Shown in pieces: positions 46,703-56,404 of a stretch of 64,000 bases of DNA. The notes under the pieces are model-generated. The model ran no database searches, had not been told where the DNA came from, and saw nothing but the letters and a program-made list of their open reading frames with translations. Source of the stretch: Nitrospirota bacterium (GTDB taxonomy: Bacteria > Nitrospirota > Thermodesulfovibrionia > Thermodesulfovibrionales > JdFR-88); the NCBI GenBank assembly GCA_021813405.1, contig JAKAKS010000019.1:7549-71548 (forward strand). Direction: 5' to 3'. How positions within the stretch are numbered: the stretch's first letter is position 1; every line of letters begins with the position of its first letter. Made by a program: the position numbers and the translations under genes.

Positions 46703-49288
46703 ATGCCGGAACTTACCCCTTTAATGAAGCAGTACCAGGACATCAAGGAGCGGCACAAGGACGCCATCGTTTTTTTCCGGCTGGGCGATTTTTATGAAAT
46801 GTTTGGCGATGACGCCAGGGCCGCCGCGCGCGTGTTGCAGATTACGCTTACAACCAGGGACCGGTCCAAGGAGGACCCCGTGCCCATGTGCGGCGTGCCG
46901 TACTTTGCCGCGGAATCCTATATAGCCAAGCTGGTGAACGCCGGTTATAAGGTGGCCGTCTGCGAGCAGATGGAAGACCCCGCCACGGCCAAGGGTGTGG
47001 TTGAAAGGGACGTGGTTAAGGTGATAACGCCCGGCACGCGCTCCCCGGAGGACCCGAAGGAAAATAATTACATGGCGGCGTTCTGCCCGGCGGGCAAGGT
47101 GCACGGGATGGCAATTGCCGATGTTTCCACCGGCGAGTTCTTTCTTTTTGAGACAGACAACCCCATAGTGGATGAGCTGGGCAGGTTCGAGCCGCAGGAG
47201 GTGGTCTACCCGGCGAGGCTTGGGCAGGACATCGCCTATTCCGGGATGCTTGAAAGCTTTTATTGCACCCCGGCTGATGATTTCCTGTTCGATTATACGG
47301 AGGCGTACAGGCTGCTTTTGTCTTTCTTCCGTGTCTCCAGCCTGGACGCTTTTGGCTGCGAGGGTATGAGCGCGGCAATATCGGCCGCCGGCGCGCTTCT
47401 GGCCGTTTTGAAAGACACGCAGAAGGGCGCGCTCAGCTTTGAAAGGCTTAAGCCGCTGCGGGAACGCTCCTACATGTTCCTGGACTATTCCACCAGGCGG
47501 AATCTGGAGCTTGTAAATAATCTGAGGGACGGAGGCAAGGAAGGCACCCTTTTATGGGCGCTGGACGAAACCCTTACTCCAATGGGAGGGCGGTTTTTAA
47601 GGAACGCACTGCTTCGGCCTCTTGTGGACGAGGACGAGATCAAAAAGAGACTGCGCGCCGTGGACACCCTGGTGGACCGGTATGAGTCCATAGAATCCAT
47701 CAGGGGGGCGCTCAGAAAAGTGCAGGATTTAGAGAGGCTCTCAGCGCGGATACAGATGGGCTCGGCAAACGCGCGGGACCTTATTGGCCTCAAAAACTCG
47801 CTCAAGGCAGTCCCGCAGGTAAAGCAGGCCCTCCAGCCGCTTAGGGACGGGCTGCTGACCGAACTGGAATCCGGGCTGGACGCCCTGCCGGGCGTAGTCT
47901 CCTTTATAAGCTCCGCAATAAACGAGCATCCACCAGCCACTTTAAAAGAGGGCGGGATTATAAAGAGCGGCTACAGCCGTGACATAGACGAACTCCGGTC
48001 CATATGCGACAGCTCGAAGGATTTTATCGCCGCGCTGGAGGTACGCGAGAAGACCAGGACGGGAATCAATTCGCTGAAGGTGGGCTTCAACAGGGTGTTC
48101 GGGTATTACATCGAGATCACCAGGGCCAATTTCCACCTTGTGCCCGAAGACTACATAAGGAAACAGACGCTGGCCAACGCCGAGCGGTTCATAACGCCGG
48201 AACTGAAGGAGTATGAGTCCAAGGCGCTTGGCGCGGAGGAGAAATTAAAGGCCCTGGAGGCGGCGGCCTTCCAAAACGTGCTTGAAAGGCTGAAAGGCAA
48301 TGCCGCAGCCCTCTCTGCTACCGCAAGGGAACTGGGCAGGCTGGATTTTCTTGTTTCGCTGGCCGTGTCCGCCAAACGCTACGATTATATAATGCCGGAA
48401 GTAGACACCAGCCTTGCACTGGAGATAGAAGAAGGCAGGCATCCCGTAATAGAACGGCTGGACCTCGGTGAGCGTTTTGTGCCAAACGGCATAAGCCTGG
48501 ACGGGGATTCAAGAAGGATGATCGTCATAACCGGCCCCAACATGGCGGGCAAGTCTACCTACATGCGGCAGAACGCCCTTATTGTGCTTATGGCACAGAT
48601 AGGCGGTTTCGTACCCGCCGCGCGCGCCAGGATAGGCGTGGCCGACAGGGTTTTTACCCGGATAGGGGCATCTGATTTTCTGAGCATGGGGCAGAGCACT
48701 TTCATGGTGGAGATGCTGGAGACGGCCAATATTATAAACAACGCAACGGCAAGAAGCGTTATAGTGCTGGACGAGGTGGGCCGTGGTACAAGCACGTTCG
48801 ACGGCATAAGCATAGCCTGGGCCGCCGCTGAATACATACTGGAGAACGTGAAGGCCCGCACCATGTTTGCCACGCACTATCACGAACTGACGGAGCTTGC
48901 CCTGAACAAGCCTGGCGTTGCCAATTGCAACGTGGCGGTGAGGGAGTGGGGGGACGAGATAATCTTTCTCCGGAGAATCGAGGACGGGCCGGCGGACAAG
49001 AGTTACGGCATCCAGGTGGCAAGGCTTGCCGGGCTTCCAAACGGGCTTCTGGAAAAGGCCAAATCCGTGCTGGCCGGCCTGGAGGCCCAGATGCTTGCCT
49101 CCAGGGGGATGCCAAGGCTTATGCCCCCGTCGCGCCCAAGGGGGCAGATGGAACTTTTCGGCAGCCGGGCGGACGCATTCGTTGAGGAGGTTGCGGTGAT
49201 GGAAGACGGCATCTCCGCGGAACATGCTGTTGAGAAACTTGCAGAGCTCAGGAAGAAGGCCTCAGAGTTGCGCCGCGCCCGTTCTTGA
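46703..49288 (+). CDS. mutS: DNA mismatch repair protein MutS
   Basis: MPELTPLMKQYQDIKERHKDAIVFFRLGDFYEMFGDDA, Walker A GPNMAGKST, and TFMVEM...DEVGRGTSTFDG. Confidence 0.95.
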   Translation: MPELTPLMKQYQDIKERHKDAIVFFRLGDFYEMFGDDARAAARVLQITLTTRDRSKEDPVPMCGVPYFAAESYIAKLVNAGYKVAVCEQMEDPATAKGVVERDVVKVITPGTRSPEDPKENNYMAAFCPAGKVHGMAIADVSTGEFFLFETDNPIVDELGRFEPQEVVYPARLGQDIAYSGMLESFYCTPADDFLFDYTEAYRLLLSFFRVSSLDAFGCEGMSAAISAAGALLAVLKDTQKGALSFERLKPLRERSYMFLDYSTRRNLELVNNLRDGGKEGTLLWALDETLTPMGGRFLRNALLRPLVDEDEIKKRLRAVDTLVDRYESIESIRGALRKVQDLERLSARIQMGSANARDLIGLKNSLKAVPQVKQALQPLRDGLLTELESGLDALPGVVSFISSAINEHPPATLKEGGIIKSGYSRDIDELRSICDSSKDFIAALEVREKTRTGINSLKVGFNRVFGYYIEITRANFHLVPEDYIRKQTLANAERFITPELKEYESKALGAEEKLKALEAAAFQNVLERLKGNAAALSATARELGRLDFLVSLAVSAKRYDYIMPEVDTSLALEIEEGRHPVIERLDLGERFVPNGISLDGDSRRMIVITGPNMAGKSTYMRQNALIVLMAQIGGFVPAARARIGVADRVFTRIGASDFLSMGQSTFMVEMLETANIINNATARSVIVLDEVGRGTSTFDGISIAWAAAEYILENVKARTMFATHYHELTELALNKPGVANCNVAVREWGDEIIFLRRIEDGPADKSYGIQVARLAGLPNGLLEKAKSVLAGLEAQMLASRGMPRLMPPSRPRGQMELFGSRADAFVEEVAVMEDGISAEHAVEKLAELRKKASELRRARS

Positions 49289-49398
49289 CAAAAAAAAGCT
49301 CCTATGATTGAATTTCAGACGCGGGTATCTTTCTGTTTTTCAGCGGGATGACGCTTTATAATATCGAAATAACAAAAGTAATAAATTAGGAGGGCAGC

Positions 49399-49785
49399 AT
49401 GAATCCGGACAATCTTAAGTACCACAGAGAGCACACCTGGGCCAAAATAACCGGCAACAGGGCCAAAATCGGAATAACAGACTACGCGCAGGAAGCCCTC
49501 GGTGATATAGTTTATATCGACCTGCCCGAAGTGGACAGCACCGTGGAGGCCAATCACGAGATGTCCGAAATAGAGTCCACCAAGGCCACGTCGCCCGTGA
49601 TAGCGCCGCTCTCCGGGACGGTGGTGGAAGTGAATGAAGACCTGGGCGACGCCCCCGAAACCATTAATGAGGACCCCTATGAAAAGGGCTGGATAGCCGT
49701 CATAGAACTTTCAGACGCCTCCGAAGCCGAGGACCTCCTGGACTCCGGCGAATACGAAAAGCTTCTGGAAGAGGAGGAGAAATGA
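49399..49785 (+). CDS. gcvH: Glycine cleavage system H protein (lipoyl carrier)
   Basis: YHREHTWAKI...IGITDYAQEALGDIVYIDLPE...EIESTKATSPVIAPLSG, with the lipoyl-Lys in ESTKA. Confidence 0.9.
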   Translation: MNPDNLKYHREHTWAKITGNRAKIGITDYAQEALGDIVYIDLPEVDSTVEANHEMSEIESTKATSPVIAPLSGTVVEVNEDLGDAPETINEDPYEKGWIAVIELSDASEAEDLLDSGEYEKLLEEEEK

Positions 49786-51179
49786 GAGTAGTTGTCCTCG
49801 GCGCGGGCCCCGGCGGTTATGTGGCCGCGATAAAGGCAGCCCAGCTTGGCGCACAGGTGGCCGTGGTGGAGTCCCGCGAAGTGGGCGGAGTATGCCTGAA
49901 CTGGGGCTGCATCCCCACAAAAACGCTTGTGGCCTCGGCCGAACTGCTTATGAAGCTTAAGGAAGTGGAAAGTTTCGGCATAGACATATCCGGCACGCCC
50001 TCTGCCAACCTGGAAAAAATGATGCTCCGCAAGAACAAGGTCATAGATGTCCAGGTGAAAGGGATAAGGGGGCTTTTCAAGAGCTGGGGCGTGGAGATTG
50101 CCGAAGGCAGGGGCAGCCTCCGCAAGGGCGCTGGGCCGGTCCCTTCGGTAGTGGTGGAAAAGGACGGACAGGAAAGGACGCTGGAAGCGGACAAAATAAT
50201 CATTGCAACCGGCTCCAGGCCTGCTTCCATACCGGTTTTCCCGTTTGACGGGGAGAACATACTTTCAAGCGACAACGCGCTTACCATCAAGAGCATCCCT
50301 AAAAGCATTATTATCGTGGGCGCAGGCGTTATAGGCAGCGAGTTTGCCTGCATCTTCAACGCCCTTGGCACGGAAGTTACTATGGTGGAACTCATGGACA
50401 GGGCCGTAAGCACCGAGGACCTGGAGGTGTCCGAACTCCTGGAGCGCGAGTTCAAGAAAAGGAAGATAAAGCTCCACAAGGGCATAAGCATACAGAAAGT
50501 GGAAAAAGGGCCGGACGGTGTGAGGGCCTTTACTGCGGACGGCAGGGAGTTTGCCGCCGAAAAGATGCTGGTATCAATCGGCCGCACGCTCAACACCGAA
50601 AATATGGGCCTTGAAGACGCCGGTGTTGAAAAGGGCAAGCGCGGCGAGATTGTTGTGGATGAAAAGATGGAGACCTCGGTTAAGGGTGTATACGCCATAG
50701 GCGACTGCACCGGCAAGATAATGCTGGCCCATGTGGCTTCCACTCAAGGGGTGGTTGCGGCAAAGAACGCCTGCGGCAAAGACGCGGCGATGGATTACAT
50801 GACCGTACCTGCCGCCATATTCACTTCGCCGGAGATAGCCTCGGTCGGGCTCCGGGAGTTCCAGGCAAAGGACAAGGGGATCGCCTACAGGACCGGCAGG
50901 TTCCAGTACAGGGCGCTAGGCAAGGCCCATGCGATAGGGGAGATAACCGGGTTTGTGAAAGTGCTTGCGGAGGAGGGCACGGACAAGATAATAGGCGCAC
51001 ATATAATCGGCGCCCATTCGTCCGACATGATCCATGAGTTCGCGATAGCCATGAAAAACGGGCTTACAGCCCGGCAGGTGGCGGGCACAATACACGCGCA
51101 TCCTACCCTTGCGGAGGGGATAATGGAGGCCTGCGAAGCCCTGCATGGCGAAGCCATCCACGCGCCAAAGGAAAAATAG
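49782..51179 (+). CDS. lpdA: Dihydrolipoyl dehydrogenase (E3)
   Basis: GAGPGGYVAAIKAAQLG...GGVCLNWGCIPTK redox-active disulfide. 465 aa. Confidence 0.9.
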   Translation: MRVVVLGAGPGGYVAAIKAAQLGAQVAVVESREVGGVCLNWGCIPTKTLVASAELLMKLKEVESFGIDISGTPSANLEKMMLRKNKVIDVQVKGIRGLFKSWGVEIAEGRGSLRKGAGPVPSVVVEKDGQERTLEADKIIIATGSRPASIPVFPFDGENILSSDNALTIKSIPKSIIIVGAGVIGSEFACIFNALGTEVTMVELMDRAVSTEDLEVSELLEREFKKRKIKLHKGISIQKVEKGPDGVRAFTADGREFAAEKMLVSIGRTLNTENMGLEDAGVEKGKRGEIVVDEKMETSVKGVYAIGDCTGKIMLAHVASTQGVVAAKNACGKDAAMDYMTVPAAIFTSPEIASVGLREFQAKDKGIAYRTGRFQYRALGKAHAIGEITGFVKVLAEEGTDKIIGAHIIGAHSSDMIHEFAIAMKNGLTARQVAGTIHAHPTLAEGIMEACEALHGEAIHAPKEK

Positions 51180-51203
51180 ATCAACAGGGAAAGGCCTCAG
51201 TCC

Positions 51204-52700
51204 GTGAAGCAAGCGCAGGACGCAGTACAGCCGAAAAGCAGAAAAACCCGCGCTGATAAAAAGCTTTTTTCGGAACTGGATGTGCTTTTAAGGGCCCTCG
51301 AAAGGTATTTCGATCCGGAGAATTTTCCGGACCTGCGCTTTCCATCAGGGGCAGACCTGCCAGTTTCGCCATCTAAAACCATGCCGCAGAAATCCGGCGG
51401 GGTTCTGGGTACTCCGCTGCCTGGACGGGATTTTTCAATGGAACTTGCAATGGCCAGGGGCGCTTGCCTCAGGGTAATTGCAGTGCTGGAGGGCCTGATC
51501 CCGGAAAGCCGCCGCAATCTCTACTGGTTCCGCAAATACGCGGAAAAATCGCTGCCTGGCGTGGGGACGGGCGATGACTTTAAAAAATGGATGCACCTGC
51601 AGGAAACGCCTGAGCAGTGCCTCTATCTCCTTTACGACAGTGTCCAGAACATAAAAGAACTGATTTCAGGGGTGCTGGAATCGGGAGCGGTCTCCTGGCC
51701 GGCATTTGCCGGGGTTGGGGGCTCAATAAGCTCAGCCATAAGGGGCAACAAGTGTTTGAACCCTTTTGAAAAAGATATCAACCTGGAATTCGACGTGATT
51801 GAAAATGCCCGGATTTCGGCTGCGGTGAAAAAAATACCAGACAGGCAGCAGATGCGGATTGCCTCGTCCGTGCTTCTGGGGCTTTTCAGGTTTCTGAGGT
51901 ACCTTTCACATGTGGACCTTGCGGCCAGGCGGCCGGCCGGGCTTTATTCAAATTACCTCATATTATTGCTGGTGAAACTGGAAGTTGGCCATTTAATAGA
52001 ATTCCTGGAATCCTCTGCCGACGCGGGCCGCAGGGCCGGCTTAAGCGCCCTTCTTGGCGGGGCCGCGTACCAGTTTTCCATGGAGCGCAAACGGGTTTTC
52101 CGGCAGGAACTGAGGGATTTTCCGGCGCTGCCTGCCGTCAGGCAGAGGGGCAAGATAGAAAACAGCCACGGCATACTTAAAAACCTGATCGAGCATTCCG
52201 TAGTGGCCATAGTGCAGCACTGGGCCCCGGCCGTAAAAGGGGAGGAGATATTCGACAGCTTCGTGACCAAGCGCGAACAATCAATGCGGCTTAGGGAGGA
52301 GATGGCGCTTCTGGGCAGGCTGCTGGCGCTGTTTGAAAAGAAAGGCGGGGGGCAGAGGCACAGGGCCGTGCTTCTGAAGGCGTTAAGAAATTACATGCGC
52401 CACTTTGAAAATTATACGTTCAGGCTCCTGCGGTATGAGGACTACGAGGAGTTCGCCTCTTTTTTTGTGGAGTTGTCCGCCCTTCTGGGGCCGTCTCTTA
52501 AAAAAGGGGAGATGGCGCCAGCCAAAATCATCCCAAAACCGGCCGGGGGATTTGAAAAACTGCTGGAGAAATGCGCACACTTCGCTGTGTTTGTGGACTC
52601 CATGCTGGAGCATATAAACAAAAGGGCGGAGTTGATGGGGGAGCCGATGGACCCCGCAAGAATAGACCGCGCGCTGAAAAAGCTGATCCGCTTCTCTTAG
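51204..52700 (+). CDS. Hypothetical 498-aa soluble, apparently all-alpha protein
   Basis: Long ORF 24 nt after lpdA, with consistent coding look. No motif I recognise. Confidence 0.6.
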   Translation: MKQAQDAVQPKSRKTRADKKLFSELDVLLRALERYFDPENFPDLRFPSGADLPVSPSKTMPQKSGGVLGTPLPGRDFSMELAMARGACLRVIAVLEGLIPESRRNLYWFRKYAEKSLPGVGTGDDFKKWMHLQETPEQCLYLLYDSVQNIKELISGVLESGAVSWPAFAGVGGSISSAIRGNKCLNPFEKDINLEFDVIENARISAAVKKIPDRQQMRIASSVLLGLFRFLRYLSHVDLAARRPAGLYSNYLILLLVKLEVGHLIEFLESSADAGRRAGLSALLGGAAYQFSMERKRVFRQELRDFPALPAVRQRGKIENSHGILKNLIEHSVVAIVQHWAPAVKGEEIFDSFVTKREQSMRLREEMALLGRLLALFEKKGGGQRHRAVLLKALRNYMRHFENYTFRLLRYEDYEEFASFFVELSALLGPSLKKGEMAPAKIIPKPAGGFEKLLEKCAHFAVFVDSMLEHINKRAELMGEPMDPARIDRALKKLIRFS

Positions 52701-52756
52701 CAACCCCAAATTTTGCTGTAAAAAGAAAGCCCGGTTGTTTATAATATGCGCAAACT

Positions 52757-53098
52757 GTGGAGCCTACACTCTGGATAAAAATAAGGGCCAGGAGAAAGAG
52801 GCGGAATTTCGTCATCTGGACGTTCATGCTTCTTTGTTTCCTGTATATCGTTGGGGATATGGTTTTCAGCGATATGGGCTATTTAAAATACAGGCAGCTT
52901 CTTGGCAGAAGGCTGGCCCTGCAAACGAAGATAGCGCAAACGGAAAAAGAGAACCAGCACATAGAAAAATCACTCAGCCAGTTCGCCAAAAACGATTTTT
53001 ACAAAGAGAAGCTTGCCCGCGAGGATTATGGCCGCGCCAGGCAGGGCGAGTATGTATTTATTTTTGAAAACGGCGTAGCCGCCCCTCAAAAGAACTAG
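52757..53098 (+). CDS. ftsB: Septum formation initiator FtsB/DivIC family
   Basis: One TM helix, then a coiled coil and KLAREDYGRARQGEYVFIF. Confidence 0.7.
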   Translation: MEPTLWIKIRARRKRRNFVIWTFMLLCFLYIVGDMVFSDMGYLKYRQLLGRRLALQTKIAQTEKENQHIEKSLSQFAKNDFYKEKLAREDYGRARQGEYVFIFENGVAAPQKN

Positions 53099-53133
53099 CT
53101 GGTTTTTGCCTGACGGCCAGTCTGCCTGAAATT

Positions 53134-54168
53134 TTAGCCTTTGCCCGCAAGCTGTCCGCAGGCGGCAAGTATGTCCTTCCCCTTGCTCTTTCTGATGATG
53201 GCGGTGTGCCCCGCCCTCACAAGGACGTCCTGAAATGCCATTGTGGTGTTTTCATCGGGCATATTGAACGCCCTCCCGTTTTCACAATTCTCCGGCCCGT
53301 TGTACGGGATAAGGTTTATCTTGCAGGGGATTCCGCGGAGGAGCCCGGCAAGAGCCTTAGCGTCAGCCTGCGCATCGTTTACTCGTTTTAGAAGCACGTA
53401 TTCAATGGTTATCCGGTCCCTTGGCGCAAGCGGGAAATCCCTTAGCGCGGCAATCAGTTTTTGAAGCGGGTATTTCCTGTTTATGGGCATTATGGAGCTT
53501 CGCACGGAGTCTGTGGCCGCGTTTATCGAAACGGCCAGCTTGACCCCGGAAGCCTTTGCCGCGAATTCCCGTATCCCCGGCGCCACCCCGGAGGTGGATA
53601 CGGTGATCCTTCTTTTTGAGAAGCGGGCGAATGCGGTTATCCGTTTAATCGCCTCGGCCACATTGTCCAGGTTGTCCAGCGGCTCGCCCATGCCCATGAA
53701 CACGATGTTGGTTAAGGTTTCGGGCAGGGCCAATTGGCGCGCCAGAAGAAATTGGTCCACAATCTCGTGAGGCAGCAGGTCTCTTTTAAAGCCAATCTTG
53801 CCCGTGAGGCAGAACCCGCAGCCCATGCGGCAGCCTGCCTGGCTGGATATGCAGAGCGTAAGCCTTTTGCCATCCGGGATAAGCACGCTTTCAATGGCGT
53901 TTCCATCACTGAGCCCAAACAGGAATTTCCTTGTGCCGTCTTCCGAGGAAAGCGCGGTCTTCAGTTGCAGCCTGCTTATAAACGCCTTTGCCGCAAGCTC
54001 TTGCCGCAGCTTCTTTGAAAACTCCGTTATCTCCTCAATTGTTCCGGCATTACGTTCATAAATCCAGTGTATAAGCTGCCCCGCCCTGTAAGCGGGCAGG
54101 CCGCTTCCCTTTGCAAACGCTCCCAGAGCGCCCCTGTCCAGCGATTTGAGATCGGTTTTTACACTCAT
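53134..54168 (-). CDS. rlmN: 23S rRNA/tRNA m2A methyltransferase RlmN (radical SAM)
   Basis: CISSQAGCRMGCGFCLTG, MGMGEPLDN, and the C-terminal ILAACGQL. Confidence 0.9.
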   Translation of the reverse strand: MSVKTDLKSLDRGALGAFAKGSGLPAYRAGQLIHWIYERNAGTIEEITEFSKKLRQELAAKAFISRLQLKTALSSEDGTRKFLFGLSDGNAIESVLIPDGKRLTLCISSQAGCRMGCGFCLTGKIGFKRDLLPHEIVDQFLLARQLALPETLTNIVFMGMGEPLDNLDNVAEAIKRITAFARFSKRRITVSTSGVAPGIREFAAKASGVKLAVSINAATDSVRSSIMPINRKYPLQKLIAALRDFPLAPRDRITIEYVLLKRVNDAQADAKALAGLLRGIPCKINLIPYNGPENCENGRAFNMPDENTTMAFQDVLVRAGHTAIIRKSKGKDILAACGQLAGKG

Positions 54169-54249
54169 TATTTAATTCTAACCTGAGTGTTGTTTAAATT
54201 GTTTCCGCCGGGCTTGACCTCCGCGAAGGCCGCTATTTAAAATCAGCAT

Positions 54250-55104
54250 ATGAAAAAACCATTTCTCCAGACGGCTGTGCTTTTGTTGTGCATTCTTTCC
54301 GGGGCTGTTGCCGCCGCCGATGATTTCTCAGACGGGATGAAGGCGTATGACAGTGGCGATTACAAAACGGCATACCGGCTTTTTTTAAAATCAGCGGCAA
54401 CCAATAACGCAAAAGCGCTGGACATGCTTGGCATTATGTACGAATCTGGCCAGAGTGTGCCGCAGGACCTGACAGAAGCAGCCAGGTGGTTTAAAAAAGC
54501 CGCCATGCTGGGCGACGCCAAGGCGCAAAATGATATCGGGTACATGTACGAATCCGGCAGGGGCGTGCCCCAGGATTACAGTGAAGCCGCAAAGTGGTAT
54601 AAGCTTTCAGCCGGTCAGGGTTATGCCTCGGCCCAGAACAATCTTGGGTTAATGTTCTTTTACGGTGAGAGTGTGCCGCAGGACTACGCCGAAGCCCTGA
54701 AGTGGTACCGCCTGGCTATTGCCCAAGGTAACGCAAGCGCCCAGGACAATCTTGGCTACATGTACCAGACCGGCAGGGGCGTGCAGCAGGACTATGGCAA
54801 GGCCCAGAGATTGTTTGAATTATCCGCTGCGCAGGGCAACGCTTCCGGGCAAAACGATCTGGGTTATCTGTATTTAAACGGCCTTGGGGTGCAGAAGGAC
54901 TATGCTGAAGCCGCCAAGTGGTTCCGGATGGCTGCCGGGCAGGGCTATGCCGGCGCAAGCTGCAACCTCGCGGTGCTTTACGCCCTTGGCATGGGTGTGG
55001 AAAAGGACATTTCCATGTCAAAACAACTCGCACAAAAAGGTGCGGATGCAGGGGACGATTTCTGTAAAGCGGTGTGGGACCGTTTCAACCTCGGCAGTTA
55101 TTGA
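54250..55104 (+). CDS. Secreted Sel1-like repeat (SLR) protein
   Basis: Signal peptide plus about 7 repeats of the form AxxWYxKAAxQGxAxAQxNLGxMYxxGxGVxQDY. Confidence 0.85.
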   Translation: MKKPFLQTAVLLLCILSGAVAAADDFSDGMKAYDSGDYKTAYRLFLKSAATNNAKALDMLGIMYESGQSVPQDLTEAARWFKKAAMLGDAKAQNDIGYMYESGRGVPQDYSEAAKWYKLSAGQGYASAQNNLGLMFFYGESVPQDYAEALKWYRLAIAQGNASAQDNLGYMYQTGRGVQQDYGKAQRLFELSAAQGNASGQNDLGYLYLNGLGVQKDYAEAAKWFRMAAGQGYAGASCNLAVLYALGMGVEKDISMSKQLAQKGADAGDDFCKAVWDRFNLGSY

Positions 55105-55272
55105 TCGCCGCATTACCTGTGATTACTGCTTGTCCGGAATCATTGTTTGCAGCAGCGTTCGCGTGCCGTTGAAATTTTTTAATTAACTTTTTCCTTTTTT
55201 TCACAAGCGGAGTTCTCCTCATTCCGGCCTGAATTTTGCTTCTATAAATTTTTATCATCACTTGCGCCCCTC

Positions 55273-55301
55273 TTGACATGGGCCATATTTCCACATAGTA
55301 T
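55273..55301 (+). promoter_or_regulatory. Sigma70-like promoter
   Basis: TTGACA (55273-55278), a 17-nt spacer, then TAGTAT (55296-55301). Confidence 0.35.
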
Positions 55302-55497
55302 TGCTTTACATCGGCTTACTCTATACCAGTCATTTAATATCTGCATATACCGGCCTGACAGGCCTGAATATATTGAGCTCTATATTTCCCGGGAAACGCT
55401 TGCGCAGTGCGCAGATCCCAGCGGGCCGGGAGTGAAGGAGGTTGTGGCGGGCCGGGCTTTCGCCGCAAAATTTCCTTGTGTTTCAAAAGGAGGGGCC

Positions 55498-55704
55498 ATG
55501 AGCAGGATTGCTGAATGGATGAGAGGCAAATTCTCTAATCTTTTAACTGTGCGGGACATTTTTTTCTTTGCGTGCGGCGTTGCGGTTGCCTTCTATCTGG
55601 CACTGCACATCTATGAATGGAGAATGGGAGAAGCAAAGAAAATCGGGGCCATTGTATTTGAAAACAGTCCGTACACTTTCAAACAGACGATAACCCAGCA
55701 ATGA
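55498..55704 (+). CDS. Small single-TM membrane protein
   Basis: AAGGAGG-ggcc-ATG. MSRIAEWMRGKFSNLLTVRDIFFFACGVAVAFYLALHIY... The track ORF from 55273 starts inside the promoter and is probably an artefact. Confidence 0.4.
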   Translation: MSRIAEWMRGKFSNLLTVRDIFFFACGVAVAFYLALHIYEWRMGEAKKIGAIVFENSPYTFKQTITQQ

Positions 55705-55714
55705 AAAGGCACAC

Positions 55715-55900
55715 ATGATGAAAATCGACGAGGTCAAATTATGCGTTAACTGCGAGGAGGTTTTTTCTTTTTATGATTCAAAGGACGGCTGCTGCCCTGC
55801 CTGCGGCTCCGCTGTCACATTCTTTGTAAACCAGGCATGGACAAATCAAAACAGCGGCAAAATTGAAATGAAGGAAGAGAACTTAAGTTTTGAGAACTAG
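55715..55900 (+). CDS. Small zinc-ribbon protein
   Basis: CVNC...17 aa...CPAC pattern. 61 aa. Confidence 0.45.
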   Translation: MMKIDEVKLCVNCEEVFSFYDSKDGCCPACGSAVTFFVNQAWTNQNSGKIEMKEENLSFEN

Positions 55901-56360
55901 AATGGCAGTTGCCATACTCTTTGTGCTGAACTGGATTTTAATATACAAATTCATGTCTGTTGTTGTGCCTATTGAAATACAGGACCAGAAGCAAATCCAG
56001 GTGCAGCAATTAATTAATAAATTCCATATCTCCTCAAAACTTGCCAATGATTTTTACGACATCGGCAAAGACAACCATCTGGACCCCGTGCTGCTTTGCT
56101 CCATTGCCCAAACAGAGAGCAGCTTCCGGCTGGACGCGGTAAGCCCCAAGGACTACAAAGGCATACTGCAAACGCCTGTAGCCACGATGAAATGGGCGGA
56201 TGTGGACATCCTTATCGGGGTGAAAATATTAAAGGACAAGCTCATTTTTTCCAAGGGGGACCTCCTTAAGGCCATACAGCTTTACAAGGGGGGCGACAAC
56301 CCGGAGGCGTTGAAGGAAGCAAAAGAAGTCCTTAGGATATATAACGTTTGCAAAAATTGA
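55890..56360 (+). CDS. Lytic transglycosylase (SLT domain) with N-terminal anchor
   Basis: LLCSIAQTESSFRLDAVSPKDYKGILQ with the catalytic E-S motif. Confidence 0.75.
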   Translation: MRTRMAVAILFVLNWILIYKFMSVVVPIEIQDQKQIQVQQLINKFHISSKLANDFYDIGKDNHLDPVLLCSIAQTESSFRLDAVSPKDYKGILQTPVATMKWADVDILIGVKILKDKLIFSKGDLLKAIQLYKGGDNPEALKEAKEVLRIYNVCKN

Positions 56361-56404
56361 TCATCTTTTAAAAATGCCTCACCGGCTGTACGCGATTTTT
56401 CTTT

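Noticed and set aside
48509-49225. 238-aa minus-strand ORF, plus other ORFs inside mutS
   Set aside because: Antisense to, or out of frame with, MutS.
49289-49398. Glycine riboswitch upstream of gcvH
   Set aside because: The spacer is only 110 nt and AT-rich. It shows no tandem aptamer features and no conserved GGAGAG...CACCG-type cores that I can see.
49817-50743. 308-aa minus-strand ORF
   Set aside because: Antisense to dihydrolipoyl dehydrogenase. Ser/Pro/Thr-rich shadow frame.
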